A DNA stretch of 33,156 nt from Sphingomonadales bacterium (GTDB lineage Bacteria > Pseudomonadota > Alphaproteobacteria > Sphingomonadales > Sphingomonadaceae). The stretch lies in contig JAFKLV010000370.1 of the NCBI GenBank assembly GCA_017304125.1, positions 1 through 33,156 on the forward strand. The letters are read 5' to 3'. The notes under the pieces were generated by a model. The model searched no databases. It was given only the letters and a program-made list of their open reading frames with translations, and had not been told where the DNA came from. The position numbers and the translations under genes are program-made. Shown here piece after piece: positions 27,876 to 33,156 of the stretch (position 1 is its first letter; every line of letters begins with the position of its first letter).

Positions 27876-28799
27876 TCAATAGACTTCGGGCACATACATA
27901 TCGCGCGGGATCGGGTGGCGGATATAGTCGGTGTGCCGCACGCGATCGGGCAGCACCACCGAATCCTTGGGCACATCGTCATACGGAATCTGCGCCAGCA
28001 GGTGCGAGATGCAATTGAGCCGCGCGCGCTTCTTGTCGACCGCCTCGACCAGCCACCACGGCGCCTCCGGGATATGCGTGTGCTCCAGCATCACTTCCTT
28101 GGCGCGGGTATAATCCTCCCATCGGCGGCGCGATTCGACGTCCATCGGCGACAATTTCCATTGTTTGAGCGGATCGTGAATCCGCACGTTGAAGCGGAAT
28201 TGCTGCTCGTCGTCGGTGATCGAAAACCAGTATTTCAGGAGGATGATCCCCGAGCGGACCAGCATCCGCTCGAATTCCGGCGCGGAGCGGAAGAATTCCT
28301 CCACCTCATCCTCGGTGCAAAAGCCCATCACCCGCTCGACCCCGGCGCGATTGTACCAGCTCCGGTCGAACAGCACGATCTCCCCGGCGGCGGGCAGATG
28401 CGGCACATAGCGCTGGAAATACCATTGCGTGCGCTCGCGCTCATTGGGGGCCGGCAGCGCCACGACGCGACACACGCGCGGATTGAGCCGCTGGGTGATG
28501 CGCTTGATCGCCCCGCCCTTCCCCGCGGAATCGCGCCCCTCGAAGATCGCGAGCACCTTCAGCCCCTTGTGCTGCACCCAATCCTGCAGGCGGACCAATT
28601 CATGCTGAAGGCGGAACAGCTCGCGGAAATACACCCGGCGGTCGAGCTGCTCGTGGTCGGGGTGATCGGAAAGGTCGCGAAACATGGTTTCGAGCCGGCT
28701 TTCGTCGATCTCCATCTCCAGCTCCTCGTCGAAGCTGTCGGCGATCTCCCGCTTGATGCGGTCCATTTCGAACGTGGGCTGGTTGGCGGCGGACGTCAT
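27876..28799 (-). CDS. ppk2: Polyphosphate kinase 2
   Basis: FEGRDSAGKGG (Walker A), TQWYFQRY, FDRSWYNRAGVERVMGFC and KQWKLSPMD. Start ATG 28799 (alternative GTG 28841). Confidence 0.96.
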   Translation of the reverse strand: MTSAANQPTFEMDRIKREIADSFDEELEMEIDESRLETMFRDLSDHPDHEQLDRRVYFRELFRLQHELVRLQDWVQHKGLKVLAIFEGRDSAGKGGAIKRITQRLNPRVCRVVALPAPNERERTQWYFQRYVPHLPAAGEIVLFDRSWYNRAGVERVMGFCTEDEVEEFFRSAPEFERMLVRSGIILLKYWFSITDDEQQFRFNVRIHDPLKQWKLSPMDVESRRRWEDYTRAKEVMLEHTHIPEAPWWLVEAVDKKRARLNCISHLLAQIPYDDVPKDSVVLPDRVRHTDYIRHPIPRDMYVPEVY

Positions 28800-28851
28800 G
28801 CGAGGGTTCCGTTCTTCCCGTCTCGCTGCACGGCCTTCCACATTTTCGTGA

Positions 28852-28953
28852 CCGGGGGATTACACCCCCCGGAAGGAGCGCGACCGGACCGGGGAGGGGT
28901 TCACGGTCGCGCTCCCGGAGAAGCCGCCAGCGGCGTGGGTGGGGAAACGCCGC
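28852..28953 (-). ncRNA. Structured RNA candidate: three hairpins, two with C-rich anti-Shine-Dalgarno-like loops (sRNA or ppk2 leader)
   Basis: The minus strand reads GCGGCGT-TTCCCCACCC-ACGCCGC, then GGAGCGCGACCG-(TGAACCCCTCCCCGGTC)-CGGTCGCGCTCC (12-bp perfect stem), then CCGGGGG-GTGTAAT-CCCCCGG. Confidence 0.5.
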
Positions 28954-28976
28954 GAGTCTACGTCCCCGAGAGCCCG

Positions 28977-29010
28977 TTTATAATTCGCCGTGATGACAGA
29001 TATTTGACGC
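28977..29010 (-). promoter_or_regulatory. Pho-box-like promoter upstream of the structured RNA and ppk2
   Basis: The minus strand reads GCGTCAA-ATAT-CTGTCAT (29010-28993), exactly 10 bp, then TATAAA (28982-28977). Confidence 0.65.
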
Positions 29011-29032
29011 CGATGACCGAAGGCAGCGCCGG

Positions 29033-29833
29033 CTAGCCTTTCACCGCCAGCGTCGCGATGAAGGTCGGCAGGAAGCGTTCCATCACGAAGCGCGGCACTG
29101 GCTGGTCATGCTCGAGGAAGCCCGCGATGCCGAACCCCGCGTCGATCTGCCCGGCGATCTGGTCGCTCAGGCTGTGGCCGAAGACCAGGGCCTCGCCGCG
29201 CGCGATCTTGGCGTCGCGCTGGTCGGCGCTCAGGTCGCGCGTATCGGCATAAGGCAGGCGGTAGCGCGGGCGGACCAGCCCCGCCCTGACCAGCTCGGGA
29301 TCGCGATCCCCCACGAACACCACGGGATTGTAGAAGCTCGCCAGCAGCCGCCCGCCGCGGCGCAGCGTGCGATGGCATTCGCGCCACACCGGGCGGACAT
29401 CCGGGACGTAGAGGTTCGAAATCGGGTTGAAGATGATATCGAACGACGCGTCGGCGAAGACCGACAGATCGCGCATATCGCCGCGAATTGTCACGAGATC
29501 GAGCCCGTCGCGCGCCGCGACGTGACGATCCTGATCGAGCTGCCTTTCCGACGCATCGAAGACGGTGACCCGTGCCCCCGCCGCCGCGAGGATCGGCGCC
29601 TGCTGCCCCCCGGCGGAAGCAAGGCACAACAGATCGCGCCCCTCGACCGCCCCCAGCCAGTGCGGCGGCAGCTCGCCGGGCGTCAGCCGCACCGACCATT
29701 GCCCGTGTCGCGCCGCGGCGACGGCTTCCGGCGATACCGGGCGCGACCATTCGCAGTCCTGCACCGCGAGTTGATCCCATGCCGCCTGATTGTGCGCGAG
29801 AATGTCGAATGATGATTGATTGGACGATGTCAT
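29033..29833 (-). CDS. Class I SAM-dependent methyltransferase
   Basis: HNQAAWD, LCLASAGGQQ (motif I), VTVFDAS, RGDMRDL, FDII and LRRGGRL. ATG 29833 follows GAGG (alternative ATG 29845). Confidence 0.9.
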   Translation of the reverse strand: MTSSNQSSFDILAHNQAAWDQLAVQDCEWSRPVSPEAVAAARHGQWSVRLTPGELPPHWLGAVEGRDLLCLASAGGQQAPILAAAGARVTVFDASERQLDQDRHVAARDGLDLVTIRGDMRDLSVFADASFDIIFNPISNLYVPDVRPVWRECHRTLRRGGRLLASFYNPVVFVGDRDPELVRAGLVRPRYRLPYADTRDLSADQRDAKIARGEALVFGHSLSDQIAGQIDAGFGIAGFLEHDQPVPRFVMERFLPTFIATLAVKG

Positions 29834-30115
29834 AAAGGCCCTCATGCGCGGCCATGGCTCGATCGCACCGATGACGATCGGCGCGATATGCGAACGATGG
29901 ACGTGGATAATCCTGTTTCGCCGGCGCGTTCTCGCGGGCGCGATGGAATCCGCATCGCCCGACGGGCGATCGACAGATTCGGCTCGATTACAGGATCACG
30001 TTGAGGGCACTCCGTTGCTGGCGGCGCGATTACCAACCCCGGTCCGGGATCGCAACAAAAGCTGGCCTGCGCGTCATAACAGGCGGATAAGCGCGCAAAC
30101 CGAGGGAGAGGATCG

Positions 30116-30829
30116 ATGAGCCGTCTGCTCGTGCTTGCCTGTGCCTTGCTCGCCGCATCGCCCGCCGCCGGCGGCACCCGCGCGACCTATAATGGCACGT
30201 CGGAGCCCAGGGAACTGGTGGTCGAGATCGCCGACAATGGCGGCGCGGCGCGCGTCTCGGTGCCGGGGCGCGACGATTATGGCCTGATGCTGGGCGATCA
30301 ATTCTATCTGGTGAAGCCGCAGGACGGAAAACCGCAGGTCGCGCGCGTCGCCGATGTGGCCGCGGCGCTCGATCGCGTCATGCCGCCGATCTTCAAGAAT
30401 CTGTTCGGCGCGGTGGGCGGCGCGATCAAGGATACGCCGCTCTATGCGGTGCGCGGCGGATCGAAGACCGTCGCGGGGATCGCGGGCGAGGTGTGGCTGG
30501 TCAAGGGGCTCGACGACGAGAAGCCCGATGCCGCGGCGGAGGTGGTCGTGTCGCATGATCCGGCGCTGGCGCCGGTCGGGCGCGCGCTGGCGGCGTTTCT
30601 GGAAAGCAGCATGGTGATGATGCGCCCGCTGATCGGCAGCGGCGCGGCGATGATGGTGCGGCAGAACCGGCAATTGTTCGCGCTGGGCACGCCGATCGCC
30701 TCCGCCGATCGCTTCACGCTGACCAAAGTGGAGAGCGTGGCGGAACCCGCCAGCCGCTTCGTCCTGCCGGCCAGGACCGCGACGGTCGACGAACTGGTCG
30801 CGGAGATGAAAATTACCCCGACGAACTGA
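30116..30829 (+). CDS. Hypothetical secreted protein (possibly DUF4412-like)
   Basis: Strong RBS GGGAGAGGA, a signal peptide, a beta-rich N half, GSKTVAGIAGEVW and a C-terminal SRFVLP. Confidence 0.7.
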   Translation: MSRLLVLACALLAASPAAGGTRATYNGTSEPRELVVEIADNGGAARVSVPGRDDYGLMLGDQFYLVKPQDGKPQVARVADVAAALDRVMPPIFKNLFGAVGGAIKDTPLYAVRGGSKTVAGIAGEVWLVKGLDDEKPDAAAEVVVSHDPALAPVGRALAAFLESSMVMMRPLIGSGAAMMVRQNRQLFALGTPIASADRFTLTKVESVAEPASRFVLPARTATVDELVAEMKITPTN

Positions 30830-30838
30830 CCCCCGCGG

Positions 30839-31891
30839 TCAATCCTCCAGATCGATGATCGATTTCCACCGCCGACGGCCGGCGACATAATGCAGTTCGA
30901 GCTGTTCGCCGTCGATCCATTCGATCTTGCTCGCCGCGGCGATCGACGTGCCGGCGGGCAGGGCCGGGACGATCCCGGCGTAGCGCCGCGCGACCTTCTT
31001 CAGCGAGATGTCTCTTTCCACCCCGACGCCGCGCCGATCGTCCCAGATCAGCGACACATGCCGCGATCCCCAAAAGGCATGAACCTCGGCCGCCGCGGGG
31101 CCGGCGCGATAGCGGACCCCGGCATTGTGCTTCACCAGCACCACCGGCACCGCCGAGGCCATCATGCTCACCCCGGCGACCGCCATCGCCGCATTGCCGG
31201 CGAAGCGGAAATGCTGCTCGCGAATATAGGGCAGCCCCCATTTCATCAGGAATGACGCCGCGACCGCGGCGACGCCCACCACCGTGCCGGCCATCAGGCT
31301 GCGCGCGGTGAGCAGGCCGAGCCACGCATAGAGCGCAAGCTTGAGCGCGTGGAGCAGCAATTCGTTGAGCGCGCGGGTGGCGACGATCTCCGACTTCTCC
31401 ATCCCCATCCGGAGGTAGAAGCGATTGAACAGCAGCCCGACCTGCCCGGTAAACCCCGAGAGCAATCCCGCGGCGGCCCCGATCAGCCGGACGGTCGACG
31501 GCCGAACGCGGCGCGATACGGTGCGTGCCGGGAACAAGCGGCCGACGAACAGCAGCAGCAGATTGGCGACAAGAAACGCGCCGAGCGCGAGCTTCACATA
31601 GACCGGATCGAACCGCGCCAGCAGCCACACCCCCAGCGCCGCGAACGGCAATGCGATCGGCACGAACAGTCGCACGACATCCCAGCGCACCGAGCGCCAG
31701 AAGACGATGCTGCGCGAGACCGAACTGGTCGCGGTGCCGAGCGACAGTGCCGCCGGCACCTGCGCCGCCGGCACCAGCAAGGCGAGGATCGGCATCAGGA
31801 TCAGCCCCGCGCCGCCCCCGGCCACGGTGCTGACCGCAAAGGCCGCGAGCGCCGCCAGGAACAGGAACAGGATGAGCATCGCGGCGGGCAT
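30839..31891 (-). CDS. Sulfite exporter TauE/SafE family membrane protein with a C-terminal soluble extension
   Basis: STVAGGGAGLILMP and a second repeat AAGLLSGFTGQVG, about 8 TM helices, and about 95 extra hydrophilic residues at the C terminus. Start ATG 31891 or 31879. Confidence 0.85.
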   Translation of the reverse strand: MPAAMLILFLFLAALAAFAVSTVAGGGAGLILMPILALLVPAAQVPAALSLGTATSSVSRSIVFWRSVRWDVVRLFVPIALPFAALGVWLLARFDPVYVKLALGAFLVANLLLLFVGRLFPARTVSRRVRPSTVRLIGAAAGLLSGFTGQVGLLFNRFYLRMGMEKSEIVATRALNELLLHALKLALYAWLGLLTARSLMAGTVVGVAAVAASFLMKWGLPYIREQHFRFAGNAAMAVAGVSMMASAVPVVLVKHNAGVRYRAGPAAAEVHAFWGSRHVSLIWDDRRGVGVERDISLKKVARRYAGIVPALPAGTSIAAASKIEWIDGEQLELHYVAGRRRWKSIIDLED

Positions 31892-31953
31892 AAGCGCGCG
31901 CCGCGCGGCGGCATAATTGTGAAATTGCAAGGTTGGGCGCTGCGCGCGCGGAA

Positions 31954-31982
31954 TTGAACTCGGCCGCGCCGCGTGCCATAGG
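31954..31982 (+). promoter_or_regulatory. Possible sigma70/RpoH-type promoter for the Hsp70-family gene
   Basis: TTGAAC-N17-CATAGG (TTGAA...CCATA) about 50 bp upstream of ATG 32032. Confidence 0.3.
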
Positions 31983-32031
31983 CGCCCGCCCTTCGGCCGG
32001 GCGGCCGTTCACCCCAGCCGGGAGCATCAAT

Positions 32032-33156
32032 ATGGCAGGCACGCACGCAGCCACCGCGCTCGGGCTCGATTTCGGCACGACCAATACGGTCGTCGCTTTG
32101 GCCGACGGCACCGGCGGCTCCGACCTTGTCGACTTTGCCGGGCCGGGCGCGACCGACGCGGTGTTCCGCTCGGCGTTATGCTTCTGGGAGGACGAGAAGG
32201 GCTGGAACGGCATCGCGCATGAGGCGGGGCCGTGGGCGATCGAGGAATATCTGCAATCCTCGCTCGACAGCCGTTTCGTCCAGTCGTTCAAGAGCGTCGC
32301 GGCAAGCCCGTTGTTCGAACGCGCGCTGATCTTCAACCGCCCGTTCCGCTTCGAGGATCTCGGGCGGCTGTTTCTGCAGAAGCTGGTGAGACATGCCGGC
32401 GGGCGGCTCGACCAGCGCCCGCGCCGCGTGATCGTCGGGCGCCCGGTCGAATATGCCGGCGCGCGCCCCGACGCCGCGCTCGCCCGGCAGCGCTACGACC
32501 TGATGCTCAAGGAGTTCGGCGTCGAGCTGCATTATGTCTATGAGCCGCTCGGCGCGGCGCACAGCTATGCCACCCGGCTGACCCGCCCGGCGACGATCCT
32601 GGTCGCCGATTTCGGCGGCGGCACGACCGATTTCTCGATCGTCCGCGTCGCCGCGCCGGGCGCCGCGCAGCGCTGCATCCCGCTCGCCTCCGCCGGGGTC
32701 GGCATCGCCGGCGACCGCTTCGACCAGCGCATCGTCAGCCAGCTGATCCTGCCGTTGCTCGGCAAGGGCGGCAGCTATCGCTCGTTCGGCAAATTGCTTG
32801 AAATCCCGGGCGGCTATTTCGCCGATTTCGCCGATTGGTCACGGCTGGCGATGATGCGCAACCGCCGCACGCTCGATGAGCTGCGCCGGTTGCAGCGCGA
32901 CGCGGTCGACCCCGCCCCGATCGGGCGGATGATCGCGCTGATCGAGCATGAGCAGGGCTTCCCGCTGTACGACGCGGTCGGCCGGCTCAAGCGCCAGCTG
33001 TCGAGCGAGACGCACGCCGAATTCCGCTTCAGCAGCGAAGGCGTCGAGATCGCCGCGGAGGTGCGCCGCGACGCGTTCGAACAATGGATCGCCGCCGATC
33101 TCCGCCGGATCGAAGCGGCGATGGATCATGCGCTCGATCGCGCCGCGCTGTCCCCC
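32032..33156 (+). CDS. yegD: Hsp70 family protein (YegD-like), 3'-truncated by the window edge
   Basis: Not in the ORF track because it has no stop in the window. ATG 32032 follows GGAG; it reads MAGTHAATALGLDFGTTNT, FVQSFKS, VIVGRPVEYAG, YEPLGAA, ADFGGGTTDFS and GIAGDRFD. Confidence 0.9.
   Translation, partial: MAGTHAATALGLDFGTTNTVVALADGTGGSDLVDFAGPGATDAVFRSALCFWEDEKGWNGIAHEAGPWAIEEYLQSSLDSRFVQSFKSVAASPLFERALIFNRPFRFEDLGRLFLQKLVRHAGGRLDQRPRRVIVGRPVEYAGARPDAALARQRYDLMLKEFGVELHYVYEPLGAAHSYATRLTRPATILVADFGGGTTDFSIVRVAAPGAAQRCIPLASAGVGIAGDRFDQRIVSQLILPLLGKGGSYRSFGKLLEIPGGYFADFADWSRLAMMRNRRTLDELRRLQRDAVDPAPIGRMIALIEHEQGFPLYDAVGRLKRQLSSETHAEFRFSSEGVEIAAEVRRDAFEQWIAADLRRIEAAMDHALDRAALSP

Noticed and set aside
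28852-28915. Hairpins as a simple intrinsic terminator of the methyltransferase gene
   Set aside because: There is no U-tract, they lie over 100 bp from the stop, and they are downstream of a separate promoter-like element, so I treated them as a structured RNA candidate.
29846-30115. Riboswitch or small ORF upstream of the methyltransferase (hairpin ATCGCCC-GAC-GGGCGAT at 29954-29970)
   Set aside because: I recognise no SAM or other riboswitch consensus. The short ORFs lack an RBS or motifs, and one GC hairpin is expected by chance.

Overview
High-GC alphaproteobacterial chromosomal window; the protein style and TonB-dependent receptor content look sphingomonad-like. I found no rRNA, tRNA, CRISPR or mobile element. 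There are four blocks. (1) 1-16533 is a probable amide/amine catabolic island: FMN alpha-hydroxy-acid dehydrogenase, MarR, two paralogous secreted PD40-propeller amidohydrolases flanking a TonB-dependent receptor, a His-rich membrane protein, cytochrome c, copper amine oxidase, class II HDAC-like amidohydrolase, MFS transporter and an NTF2-like protein. (2) 16540-25034 (minus strand) runs ECF sigma, FecR, STN-type TonB receptor, then a tightly coupled trio of KpsE/CtrB-like co-polymerase, OPX export lipoprotein and OpgH/MdoH glucosyltransferase, with no opgG and no ABC transporter in the window. This is the best candidate for an undescribed system: synthase-dependent surface export of beta-1,2-glucan. 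(3) 25178-29010 is a phosphate module (pit, corA-family, ppk2) bracketed by two Pho-box-like promoters, with a C-rich-loop hairpin RNA upstream of ppk2. (4) 29033-33156 holds a SAM methyltransferase, a secreted hypothetical protein, a TauE/SafE protein with an extra domain and a partial YegD-like Hsp70. All calls come from motif recognition by eye; no searches were run.
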